Below are positions 36,401 to 48,600 of a stretch of 56,738 nucleotides of DNA, one piece after another. Within the stretch, counting starts at the first letter, position 1, and each line of letters begins with the position of its first letter. Below the pieces are notes generated by a model. It had not been told where the DNA came from and made no database searches. It saw nothing but the letters and a program-made list of their open reading frames with translations. The translations under genes were made by a program, and so were the position numbers. Source of the stretch: Klebsormidium nitens (taxonomy: Eukaryota; Plantae; Klebsormidiophyceae); assembly GCA_000708835.1 (NCBI GenBank), contig DF237526.1:1-56738 (forward strand). The letters are read 5' to 3'.

Positions 36401-39400
36401 GTGTTCTGCACAACGGGTTTGTTCCTCTTGTGTCGATGTTGTGTAACTTAAGATTATCAAGCGTCAAAGAGGCCTCGAGGACTATGCTTCGACAAACGGT
36501 AGCCTAAGCCAAGCCCTAGTGACAATTTTATTCGCAGCCGACTGTGCTGGAGCGCGCCTCTTGCATGCGATCGGAGTGCAAACTGCAACAAAGCTCGCAC
36601 TACTCTGTATTACGGTATTCAATCCGATGAATGCGACCATTGAATCCCCAATCGCTTGCAAACCAGCTGCCGAACGTCCGCCACAAACAACTTCCCAGAA
36701 AAAGAACCCAGGCTGTCAAACGCGTCGTACCACGAAGCTATTTTCCACTGTTTCTATCCTCGCTCCAAGCGGGCTTCCTTTCGAAGCTCAAAACCACTTC
36801 GTCTCCTTTCGACCAACGCTCCGAAACGCACCTTGCCTTCTTGTTCCGTTCCGCCATCTCCTCCGCTTCCCTCTTCTTCTCCGCCAGTGTTCCCTTGGCC
36901 TCCTCCATGGCCTCCACGATCTTCTTCCTGCGCTCCAGCGTCACCTCCTCCTGCCCCTCTAGTTGCTGCTCGCGTGCGCTAAGCTGCGAGATGTTGTCCT
37001 CCAGGTTCCGCTGCGCCTCCAGGTCCGTCTGCTGCTGTGCATCCAGCGCGTCGCGCTCCTTCTGCAGCTTGGCGGTCTTTGCCCCGGCCTCCGCTTTTCT
37101 GCAGGCACGTATACATGGATTGTCAGTATCTATGGGTAAGGAGAGTGCTACTCTTTCCGTGCTTTTAAGGAGGCACAAAGCCACCATGACCCCAGCCCTT
37201 AAACAGGAAAACCGCATGATTTTCAAGCAGGACTAATGTTCAAGTACAGACCACTTCCGTTGCCTTTGCCTCCAAAGCTTGCTCGCACCATGTGCCAGGA
37301 AGGAAAGAGGCTCGTTTCCAACAGTTCCATCACTCCGAAAGCGCAGGACCACATGACCTTCACGGGGAAAGTCAGAGGGCAGTCTGGTTAAGTGAACAAT
37401 CTATCCGGATTAGTCAGTGCAACAATGAATCGCATGCGTCACTTACAACCGGTTGTACTCTGCGAGCTGGTTTGTGGCCAGGTCCATCTTGCTCGAGGAC
37501 TCCTCCCCTTCGTTCTCCTCCAGGAGCGTGGTCAGCTGCTCCAAGCTCTGCTCTAGCTTCTGCACCTCTGCAACCTGCTTCTCATGCTCGGCTTTCTTGG
37601 CTGTCAGGCCCTTCTCTGACGCCTGGAGGTTCTTCTCGACGCGCTTGATCTCTTCCTTCAGCTTCACCAGGTCTGGTTGCTGCATGGCAAGGTTGGCGAT
37701 ACAGTCGGTGTTTAAAATCGACCGATTGTAGTGACTGCAAACTGCAGACAAAGCAGGACTGGGTGCAGTGTTCAGAAATTTCACTGACTAAGTCGAATGT
37801 GCGTCGACTTTGTTGCGACCTAGGAGGCAAACATCGGGCTGAACGGACAACATGAGATTGGATCAATCTAAATGAGCTTGGGAAGAACAGTGTGAATGGA
37901 AGCCGAACAGGCAGGGAACCAATCAACTAGGTGGATACCTCTGGTGAAAAGGCTTCTGCAAGTTCTTATTGTCCAATACAAAGATGTTACACTCACTTTC
38001 TTCTCTGCATCTGCCTTCTTCTTGGCCGCCTTCTTCTCAGCCAGAAGAACCTCCTTGCTGTGCCTAGCCTGTTCCTTCTTCTTCTCCTTCACCTCACTCT
38101 CCACTCCCCCTTGTTCTTGCTCAACAGCTTTCAGCTCAGAGTTTAGAGCCTCCAGTTCAGCAGTAGTGCCCTTAATGTCCCTATCTATGTTGAAAAGCTG
38201 GTACAGGAAGTGTTCTGTCTTCAACTTTGTCTGCACAAAAGAGACGCCACCACAAGTTAGATGGATTACTTCCTTTGCAATGTAGCATGGCACATGAAAA
38301 AGCACAACTCTTTCAAGTTGCTCTATGTTCCAGCGATAAGACACTGCCAAGGGCAACGGGCACTGGTCAGGATGTGACAGGAGAACGTTCGAGTGACTAT
38401 GTTGGGCTGATGTTTCGCAGATTGGTAGAAACAGAGACGATGGCTCCATTCTCCACCAGGTTGTACAGAAAACCTTACCAGGTCTTCTTGCAAAGCCAGG
38501 TGCTTCTCCGCCTCCTCCTTTTGTTCCTTCTTCTGCTTGCGCTCCCCAGACGTAGTCTTCTTTTTCTGGTAGCTGAACATGGTCCGCTGCACTGCCTGTT
38601 CCCTCTTTGAATCCAGCTCCTCATAGTCCTTGGTAAGCTCGTCAGAGGTGGAAATGTGCTCAAAGAGTGCCGTCAGCTCTTTGGGGCTCTTTGTAGAGAC
38701 AGACTCGACATCGCCCTGCGGAACCAGATTCAACACTTTCAGAGAGCATGCGAGAGGTAGTTCCGGTCCCTGCTTGCAATGTCACCAAATCGACCAGTCA
38801 GGAAACGACTCCCAAATACTGTTTACCCAACAAAAGTCCTTCCCATTTGGGCCCCCGCAAGCAGAGGAAACGTGTGTGATGGACAATGCTTGTCCCCAAC
38901 AGCAATGCAAAAAGATTACCTGGAAGACAAGGAAGTTCCGGGCCTTCACAAGGATCCCTAGCGAGCGCATCTTGTTGTTGTACTCGTCCCAGCTGACCAC
39001 CTTATCATCAATCCTGTACTCGCTGGCACTCTGCAGAGTGATGCCCCTGGTGAAGGACAGCTCAGTGCCGTCTCCTTGCAAGTACACCAGCTTCACATGA
39101 GCCTGCACCAGACAACCGTCACATCGCTTCTAACCAGTATTTCTCCTTCAAAATTGTCCCTTGCAGATGGACCAACTGGACGCCATCGGCAGATAGACAT
39201 GGCGCTGACATTCCAAGGGCAGGCAAATTTCCTGGCAGCAGTGCCCCTAAGAAGCATAACATGTAATGCCATACAGTTAGCTCCCTCCAATTTGCAAGTG
39301 CAATTTCAATGAGATTGCTAGAAGAACTTGATTTCGATCAACGAAACGTACACACAATACACCTCGTTGGAGACTGAGAAACCACCAAATGCTGCCCGCA

Positions 39401-39700
39401 ATTGTGACATGGGACAAGATGCGGGATCGAGGGCTAGCTTACCTTCCTGCGGACCTCTCTCTCCTTGTCATCATAGGCATAAACCAAGTCCCTGAGCTGA
39501 GAACCACGCAGATGAGACGACCGTACGCCCAGCACAAAGGAGATGGCATCCATGAGATTGGACTTTCCGGCACCATTGGGGCCGATGATTGCAGTAAAGT
39601 TCAGGAAAGGCCCTATAACTTGATGCCCCTTGTAAGATTTGAAATTATCCACCTCCAACCGGTGAATGCTGCCGTTGGAGGGCATGATTGTGTCTGGCAT
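27497..39700 (-). CDS. SMC1: Structural maintenance of chromosomes protein 1 (cohesin subunit), 19 exons, ~1230 aa
   Basis: Exons 39700-39443, 39102-38920, 38715-38479, 38230-37997, 37679-37447, 37098-36832, 36405-36132, 35560-35326, 35065-34958, 34587-34448, 34066-33977, 33446-33238, 32758-32589, 32231-32122, 30919-30707, 29794-29577, 29136-28885, 28136-27918, 27539-27497 all in phase (3693 nt). Walker [20 protein letters not shown], hinge [14 protein letters not shown], signature LSGGEKT, Walker [16 protein letters not shown]1-type [11 protein letters not shown] could be 39685. Confidence 0.96.
29881..30300 (-). repeat. Three decayed tandem copies of the acceptor + 5' end of SMC1 exon 29794-29577
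   Basis: Copies begin at 29956 (near-identical, 6-nt deletion, AG intact), 30156 ([23 protein letters not shown] intact) and 30295 (AG lost). Confidence 0.88.
30970..31475 (-). repeat. Four decayed tandem copies of the acceptor + 5' end of SMC1 exon 30919-30707
   Basis: Copies begin at 30997 (AG intact), 31206 ([21 protein letters not shown] lost), 31352 (AG lost) and 31465 ([12 protein letters not shown] intact). The real exon reads [19 protein letters not shown]. Confidence 0.85.
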
Positions 39701-40081
39701 CTTCTTCAGTTGCAGCTAAGAGCAAGAGCAGACTAGTCCTCCACAGAAGGTGGACCACAACAGCCTATGAGCTATTGAGCGTTCAATTACGTACAACTAA
39801 CCGAGCCCCCGACCACTTTGCATTGCGTGAGGTCCCGCCAGCAAAGGAGGGTGAGCCACTTGCATGCACTGGCGGCACGCCGGATTTTCTACATGCAGGT
39901 TGACAAGGACCTGTCCACCCTCAGAAAATGATTCTCCGATGGTGGCCTTGCGCTCTTGGAGCCGCTGTCCCCCTCCTGAACCTAGGCATGTCGTCTCGAC
40001 GTGCGCTCAGCGCTGTGTGCACAGCTTCTCTGCAGTCTCTGACTCTGACTCTGAGTCTCCGTTTGTGTGTTCAAAGTTCTC

Positions 40082-40089
40082 CCGCCAAA
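40082..40089 (-). promoter_or_regulatory. Candidate E2F site (TTTGGCGG) upstream of SMC1
   Basis: Exact match to the plant E2F consensus WTTSSCSS, ~380 bp upstream of the SMC1 ATG. The motif is short enough to occur by chance. Confidence 0.25.
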
Positions 40090-40865
40090 TCTGCAAGACT
40101 CGAGAGGCTCTACCGTGAGTCGTGACAGCCCTGAGAGACGGTCAACGCATCGCCGTCGAATCACCTGAAGCAAGATTCAGGGCAAGAGGGTTCGATTTCA
40201 AATACTGTGGGTATAGGCTCCGCGGAGCTCCGACACCCTTGCTCCCGTGCAGCGACTGTATGAAACGCCTTCCACTTGGTGCCACTCACGATAAGTTCCT
40301 GCCGTTGGATGCTCCCATCCTTTTTCCTCTGACGGTCGTATCTGCTGCGAAGAAGCACTGGGGCACCTTGCGTTTCACCAGAGCAGTGGCGCTGTAAGTA
40401 CCGTCGCAATCGCAGGAAGAGATTAAAATTTGGAAGGAGCCTATGATTTTACTGATCAAGAGGCGCGGCGTATGTGCTGCATGCGGCGCCCCTTTCCAGA
40501 GAAGGGATGATATTGTTGATCAACATTGCTACATTGTGGCAGGGCATCAGAGTAATCGTGTTTCGATCCTGGTCAAATGCCTTGACCCAAGTTCGGGGGC
40601 AAATTAGGGTTACGTTGTTTGTAGGATTTGTTTTAACGGGCATTGCTCCATTGGCTTAGCCAAGAAGCAATGCATTGTAAGCACATGTGAAGCCTGCCCA
40701 AAGCGAGGTTCGCCCGGTACCAGCGTTCTAAGGCCAGCAAGGCGAACTGGCCGCACAAGTGTTGAAAGTTTGGGGGTGTCAGACATCATGGCCCTCGCCA
40801 TTTCCAATCTTTCTGCAACTTCTCAGGGGGGCTCTTTCCATTCCACCATTCTGCAACCTGCACAG

Positions 40866-43800
40866 AGCATTCAGAAGCCACCGTTTGGATCCACAGCAGT
40901 GAGATTGATTCCCAAAGAAGAAACAGAAACCCCAGCAGAGCCAAATGAAAAGTTGGTGACTCTCAGACTAGAGAGGGAGAAGAAGTTCCAAGAATTGACT
41001 GAGCAGATACATCGAGACACGCAGGTATGTCACCTTCGGGAACTTTCAAATGCAAGAACAACCTTGTATACTGTCTTTGTGATTGGCAAGTCACCTGCTT
41101 TGCTAGCATTCTCTCAGAGCTGACAGAACACTGGAAAAAGTAATTAGTGTGCAATCTGTGACAAGCAAGGAGGAGGCTCCCAGTTCACTTCGAATGAATT
41201 CTCAGACGCTTGCTTGAGTCAACAGACTTCGTTACTGGAGTACTAGCAAGAAATCTGCTCTAGTCCAGAGTAAACTGCTGGATTATCATCAAAACCCCGT
41301 AATAAGTATTCGCCAAGTTCGCTGCCACAATGTTGACTCCCTGAGAAAGTGAAAAGCTTCCAAGATTGTCGAACGCCTACTCATTCTCGTGCCTCCTTAC
41401 CTGCAGAAAAAGATGGAGAATGCTGCGGCAAAGCGAGATGCTAAATTTCAGACCATGCTCCAGTCAGTGATGAATGGGCTGGAAGGCCAGGAGAGCATCC
41501 TCAAAGAGATTGAGGAGCTGATAGCAGAGGAGGACAGGGCTCGAGAAAAAAGGCAAAAAGAGCTTCATGAGGCAAGGCTCCGACTTCAGCCTCTCCTGCT
41601 GCTAGCCAGCTTGTGGCCCCGTTGTTGCGAATGCTGCAGTCATGAGGTCTCTGCTACTGCATCTATTGTCACACCGATCAAACTTAGCTCTTGGGTTTGT
41701 CATCCAGATAACCAATGAAGATGTACGCCGTTTCCACGACTTGGTTCCACAGAAGGCCTTGATCAAAAGCATTACTGAAATCAGATAATGGGAGACCGAG
41801 TCGTACGTGCCGATTAGAATCAGATCGAGCTACACAAGTCTTTTGACGCCATCTATCTTGAGAATTCTCAACACGATATTCAGGCTGACTTGCCCGCGAT
41901 ATTCCCTGCTCCATTTCAGCCTGCAAAAGCTCCCAATAGAGGAGATGAGCAGACAGAATGAAAACGCAGCTACCTTGCTTGTCGCGAAGCTTTCCTTTTC
42001 ATACGCATTGAGGTGTATCCTGCTGTGTTGCTAGGAGTGGGAGAGGAACGTGTACAGAGCCATCCAGGAACAGGTCGAAGGCCAGCTAGAGAACCTCTCC
42101 ACAGCAGAGCTGGAGGCCAGACGAAGTGAGGATGCGACAAAACCCGCTCTGTTTCCTTCTGCTCCTGCTTAGGCCCTCGAGAGCTTGGTCAACCTTGTGA
42201 AGTCTGCTCCACAATTTCACCTCGGTCTTGCTGCTAATCTCTGGTGAAGGCGTTCTTCGCCGTCTTCGATCAGAACACACGGCAGTGCAAAGAGGTCCCT
42301 TCTTTGAACGGTTCGAGCAGCAGAGCAGGGCTCGTCCATAAACGTCCAGAAAATGTTGTCTTCATTTATCAAGTGGGCAGACAAAATAGTTCTCAACTGG
42401 GCCACTGCAAAGGCAACACGTTAATCTGCTGACGCCAGTAAACTTGCTGCAGGGACGGTAGTCGAGCAATTCTTGGCGAAGTCGAAGACAAGGGCTGGCA
42501 CGTTCCTCAACATCATAAACCCAGAGGAGTACAACCCGTTCGACGCTCAGGCCTCACAGATCAAATACACATTGGACCAGAGCCGAGACCCCCTGCTGCG
42601 AGAACTGACGAAGGTGAACAGCGCAGCCCTGAAAAATGCATACTTCTGCAGACTCCCACCTTCGTTGCGAACTCGTCGCGGCTCTCTCAGCTCCGGAAGG
42701 CGATTTGTTGCCAATTCGTTACTGAGTTGTCGCTTCCATCTCGCTCAAGCTCTTCCGATAATGCGTCCCCTCGGTGTAAAATCCGTGTAAAATTCAATGC
42801 GCTCCTAACGCGCTTTCCTATCCTGGTGCAGTCCGTTGCGGAAGAAGCGGAATTATCCGAGTCGGGAGGGGGATCCCCCGTCCGAAAGGCCCGTACGAAG
42901 GAGATGTACGACGTGACCGGGTGGCGGTCGGACGTCCACCGGAGCACCGTGTGGGGTCACTTTTTCGACGACGAAGGGTCGCCTATTAATCTCAACGGGC
43001 ATCCCAGGTCAGTAGACTGGGCCGCCTGGTGAAACATGGGTTGCAATCGCCACGAGTTGAGCCTGGTGGGCGATTCGACATTGGATCTGAAGAAGCTGTG
43101 GTTGGGGTTCACGAAGAGTTGGCTGCATGGTTGAGGCTTGCCTGCTTGCATCTAGTAATGCGGCTTCTATATCGCGTTTGTTACTGACTTGTCGCTGCAT
43201 TTGCTCGCTTTTCGTTTCTCATCTTCGTAAGCAACCGCATGGATTTCGATTCCGCGAAGTCGACGTTTATCTCCGATTACCCCCCACCGTTCGGGGCTCA
43301 GTGGCGGATCAAGCAGCGTTACGCTGGCTTGATAGAAATACTGAATCTCGTGTTGCCAAGACAACGGATGTCCCGGTTGGTCACACGTGCCACGATCAGA
43401 ACCACCGCCTGCCGCAAAGCGCAATCGCAGCACTCTGTTGAGACTTAAAGCTTCAGACAGCGAAAGCAGCAATTGCGAGAGAAAAGCACAGCACTGTTAA
43501 TTGGCAGCGACCTTCGCGAACCGACGGGCCACTTGACAGTTTGAAAGCCCAAATGAGGATTTAGCCGCAAAGATTGCCTATCTGAATTTGCTGGTGTAAG
43601 AATGGCTAGGGGTCAAAAGTGCACTTTGCCGCACCCAGTGCCGCTTTTCGCCTGCTTGAGCAGGATCTTACGTGCTGTTTAAAGCTTATTGTCTTGCGTG
43701 GACAAACGAAGTGACTTGAAGTGAGTTGAACAGGAAACAAGCGGGGCAATGTATAACATGCTGCCGTCCCGTTGGCCTTGTCCCAAGGCTAGTGGTTCGT

Positions 43801-44142
43801 CCCCGTTTCCGGTTTCGCCCTCCATTACTGACGTTTCCGCTGGTCGTCGTTGCAGCCGAAACCGGTCGCAAGTTGTCATTGACCACGACCACGCGATCTA
43901 CGGCAAGGAGATTGTGGACCAAGAGCTGCCCAAAGGGAAAAAGGTGGGCCGCAGAGCGCTCTAGCTCATCTTGTAAACTTACCCAACTTGGTTGCTTCGG
44001 ATTGGACAGGACATTCACGTGCTCTGAAGTCCACCTTTATCAACTGCAGGTTCGAGGACGTCTGACGGCCGCGCCACGTAGAGCGAACGTTCTTGAACCA
44101 AGCTTTGCCTGCTATGTGTACATCGCTTCGTATGTGGGATGA
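40866..44142 (+). CDS. FAM228-like protein (probably cilium/flagellum-associated); 5' exon(s) unresolved
   Basis: Exons 40866-41024, 41407-41571, 42035-42125, 42453-42613, 42832-43007, 43856-43943, 44050-44142 join in phase (one GC-AG intron). KRQKELHEEWERNVYRAIQEQV...FLAKSKTRAGTFLNIINPEEYNPF...RDPL resembles the FAM228 core as I recall it (RKEMLYKRW...FLKHVNKKG..F...PKEYDPF...DPL). Not verified by a search. Confidence 0.62.
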
Positions 44143-45654
44143 GAGCAGGTTGCGTGCCTCCCCTTGAACGCAATTGTGAACACTTCTTGAGTTGCATTTC
44201 TAATCCTCCTGATGAGACTTCCACTCACAGTTTGTGACGGCCTGTCAGTCGTCCAGGTAACAGGGTGATGCCCTTTGGTTTCTGGCCTATGGAGATGCGG
44301 CGCAGATTGCTTCACAGCAGTCGAGCGGAGAGCTTCGAAAACCGATTTAAAGACCACATGAGATCAGCTTTGCAATCCTCGTGCGTGTACGTACCCAAGC
44401 TTCTCATTTCTGATCGAAAGCAGCACGTCTTTGCTGCAGCTATTGCCCGAAGCGCGCGAACGGCGAGGCGTCGTGGCGATTCCACGTGGCAAGGCAATGG
44501 TGCCGCCTCGCCAAGAATAAGATAAAGCATCCAGATTTCCGGCAGCAGCTGTCCCAACACCTTTGGACGCGGACTCCCTGTTGGGAAGGGATTCCGGCTC
44601 ACAAAACCTCGACACTGCGTAACACATTGTCTTCAGATATCAACCTTGAAACGTGCATGTTGACTCATGCAAGATCGAACTCGATGGAATGATCTATGTG
44701 AGGAATCATCAGATTACGACACGTGCTCATGGCAGGCCGTATGTTTCATTCAATGGATCACTCGTACGTATGCCGCGCGGCCCCGGCACTCATACTAACT
44801 GCGAAAGTGGCCGGGCGCACCCGATAATCTGAAATTTTGATCAGAACGTACGTTTGTTATATGATGAGCATCATGAGGCCCACAAGCTTCATTAATATAC
44901 TCTACCGTGTAGAGGCCCGGAAGTACCTCAGGCATGCAGCTAGCTACAGCCCTCAGTATATGTACGCTTATTTGATGATCAGAGCTGCAGTGACTGCAGC
45001 TAGATCGCGGGCCTGGGTCCATGGCTGCAACTTATCATACTGTATCATGTTTGCATATACCTATATACTGGAGCTGCACTGACTCGCACATGCGGAGCAA
45101 TTGGGGCAGCTCAAAAAGCTGCATGATCGGATGCTGGCCCTCGGATCGGATATTATAGATCTGGTATACAGAGTATATAGCGGGCCTCGGGGCCGCCGGG
45201 CGGCCGCGCATCTTAATCCAGCTCTAATCATATTGACTTCGACAGTGCCGCAGTTCGTGGCCAAGTGAGCTGAGAGCATCATGTAAGAACATAAGCACTG
45301 TCCAATCATGCAAGCATCCGACCGGCTACTAAGCTCGACCATCTCTGACAGTTGCTGAATTGGAAGATCGAATGAGCCAATACTTTACATGTTACATTCA
45401 ACTACAGTACATGTTAGTGTGTTCAAAAAATGTCTGCAATGCTTCTGCGGAGTCTAGTTCTTGCAAAAGTTTAAGAAAATCTGGTTCTGGAAGGATTGCC
45501 TTGTGCTGGATTCAGTGCTCTCCTTGGTCCCAATTTACATTTCTAAGCTCTGCCCAAGACGGCAGCCCTACATACGGGCCCCTTATCCATCAAGCAAGTG
45601 CAGTGCAGACTGGCCGCCTCCCCAACGGCGATCCCAACCGCACTCCAGTCGTTG

Positions 45655-48600
45655 TCAATTGCTCGCCGCTGACGTCACCTGCTCCTCAGAGCCCCCGTCA
45701 CCCCTCTCGTCCTTGGACTTGTCGCCCCTCTTATGCTCGTTGCTCTCAAGGGCCGCGGAAATCTCGCTCGTTCCGTTGAGGGTTTCCTTCCGGTCCACTT
45801 TCACGACTCTCTGAGGCCTAGACTCGCCTCGAACAGGTCCGCCGTTCAGTCGATTCTTCTGCAACGCCGCAACCTCGCTCGCCTCGACGCCGTTCTCTTC
45901 GCTGCCCTGTACACTCGACGTTCCTACGTGCTTTTTTCTACTTTCGACTCTCCCTGCCCCTTGACTCTCCATATCCTCACTGTCGGCTCTCCCTGGCTCC
46001 GAATCCGCTTGAGCCGTCTCCGAAACTTCCCCTCCGCTGACGTCTCTGAACTCGCTCCGCTCACTCGACTGTACCTTCGCATCTGCGCTATCGCTTGACG
46101 CCGCCCCGTTCACCGTCTCCAACCCCTCTTTCACGTCTGCCGCCGCGTCGCCCTTCTTTCTCCGTTCTTCCGCCCCTTTCTTCTCTTCGTCAACCCTCTT
46201 TTTATCCTCCGCAGCACGCTTTTTCTCCTCCTCCCGCCTAGCTCTTTCCTGCTCATCCGCCCTTCTCTTCTCTTCCTTCTCTCTCCGTCGGTCTTCCTCT
46301 CCCTTTCGCCGCTCCTCGTCAACCCGCTTTCTCTCATCTTCAACCCGCTTCTTCTCTCCCTCCCTCTTGCGTTTCTCTTCCTCTTTCTTCCTCTTCCCTT
46401 CCTCCTCGACCCGCTTCCTCTCATCTTCCCTTCTCTTCAGATCTTCCTCCCTCTTCCGCTTATCATCCTCCACCTTCTTTTTCCTCGCCTCCTCTAGTTT
46501 CCGCTTCTCCTCTTCCCGCCGTTTCACCTCATCCTTCTTCTTCTGCTCCTCCTTTTTCTTAGCATCCTCCTTCTTCCTCGTCTCCTCTTTCTTCCGCCCC
46601 TCTTCCTCGCGTTTCTTCGACTCGAGCAACTCGTCTTCGTCGATGTCGGGAACGGGGATCTTCCAATAGTTCCACGAGTTATAGTCCTCCGCCTCGATCC
46701 GGTTCACCGACGGGAACATGTCGTGCACCAGCTGCCGCATGCTGCTGTACCCGCACACGTCCACGCTAACCTTGTTCGCAACCACCTCGCCCTGCGTGCG
46801 CACGGGTCAACGGGGTTTAGAGATAGGTTAACAGAGTGCTGCAAGTAGAATCCGTTGCTTTTCAGTCTTTCCGGGGCGTAAAGGTGATTTCAAGTCAAGC
46901 TCAACTTGTTGGCCACCACCTCGCCCTGCGCGCACGAGTATTTCATATCGAATAGGTAAAAATGCGGAGATTGAACGCAACCTCATCGTTTATACAGATC
47001 CTAGGACGGAAGCGGGCCTGCACGACTGCATCGAACGTCTTAACATTGACCGAAAAGAGGACAGGATCAATGCAACTTGCAAAAAATGTTCCTTGGCTCC
47101 ATAGCGCTCAATTGCGCTCAATTGCCTCAATCCTCTTGTACAGATTAAGAGCAGCTGCGATCAACGACGAAGCTGTCAGAAGTCCTAAGTACTATGAAGC
47201 TGCAGCTCTAACGCCTAGCGACGAACATCCGAAATCACCAGCCATGCACATAACTTCAGAAAGTATTCCAGGGTCGACAAAAACCATCAAACTCTCCAAA
47301 GCCACAAACCCTGGGCCGTACCTTCGGATTGATGCTACGATTGTCGCCCTTTTATTTCTGAAAGGACGATCTAACGGCGTAGAAAGCTCCACGACTCGGG
47401 CCGTACCTTGGGATTAATGGTGAAGATCTTGCCGCGCGCGATGCCAACCGCGAGGTAGCTGATCTCGTCCGTATCGCGGTTGCCGAAGCCGGCGTAGAAG
47501 GGCGTGCTGTTGGGGGGGAACAGCGCGCGGATCTCATTCAGGCACGCGATCTTGAACTCGTGGGGGGTGCGCCGGATGACTGCAAAAGAAGCGGGCTTTG
47601 GATGAATATCTCAGAATGCTCAAAAGAAGAGCTTCGAAGGGGTCGAGCTCGCAGGACCGTACAATCGCCAGAAACCGCAGAGTGCGCTACTCAGGTGCCT
47701 CCTCAGGCGTCTTGCAGTCCCTGCGACATTGGTAAACCTTAGTTGGTCAAAGTGCCGGACTGTGACTTTGGAAACATGGGTTAAGGGTGATAACTGCCTT
47801 CTCCGGGCGAGACCCACGAACGGCCATCACATAGACGAGTCGTGGCAACAGCCGCCCGAGTAACAGTCAGACTGCTCGCGACTCCTTGGAAAGTGGCGAT
47901 CTGACCATCCAAATCGGGTGTTGTCTAAGAGACCATCTTCGAAGCAAGAAGCAAAGAGGACCGCTTCCTTCAGGATTGATACGAAATACAAAGCAGATCG
48001 CTTCACAGAACCCATGCCCACGATTCCAGCCCCCGCGCCCGAAGGCCAAGCAACAAGGGGACTGCGTTGATTCCAAGCTTCGTCATCACGTTTCTCAGAC
48101 CGAGTGACGAGCAACGTTTCGCGGGCGCTCACCCTCTCTGTAGAGTGACGGGATCATGCCGTCCGGCGAGATGACGATGGGCCCGTCCGGCAGCGACTTG
48201 CCGTCCTGCCGGATGCCGCTCAGGAACGCGCGAGTAGTCGCGGACTGACTGATGGCGCGAGCACTCAGGTACATGAACTCGTAGCCGTTCTCCTGAACAG
48301 TGAACATGCGTGTACTTTGTGAGTTTTTCAAATGTACTTCTCCTGAGGTCAGTCTTCGGACCCGCACAGATTATTGTGAGAAGCAAGCTGTTGCTGCACA
48401 AGTTGGCTATCGAACAGCACGAAACGGCCATTGACTTTAGCTAACGCTGCCAATAAGGCATCACCAGCACAGCTTAAGTCCGGAACAGAACTTCAGAATC
48501 GCTGCAGGCAGACCGTGATAGTTAACTATCAGGTAAGCAGCCAGAGACGTACGGCAAGGAACGAAATGAAGCGACAGCCCACTATGGCAGGAAGATCCAA

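Noticed and set aside
30355-46825. Scattered GGGTTAG/GGGTTTAG telomere-like words in introns (e.g. ~30358, ~34205, ~46812)
   Set aside because: On the coding (-) strand they read CTAAC/CTAAAC shortly before acceptors, i.e. probable branch-point motifs, not telomeric arrays.
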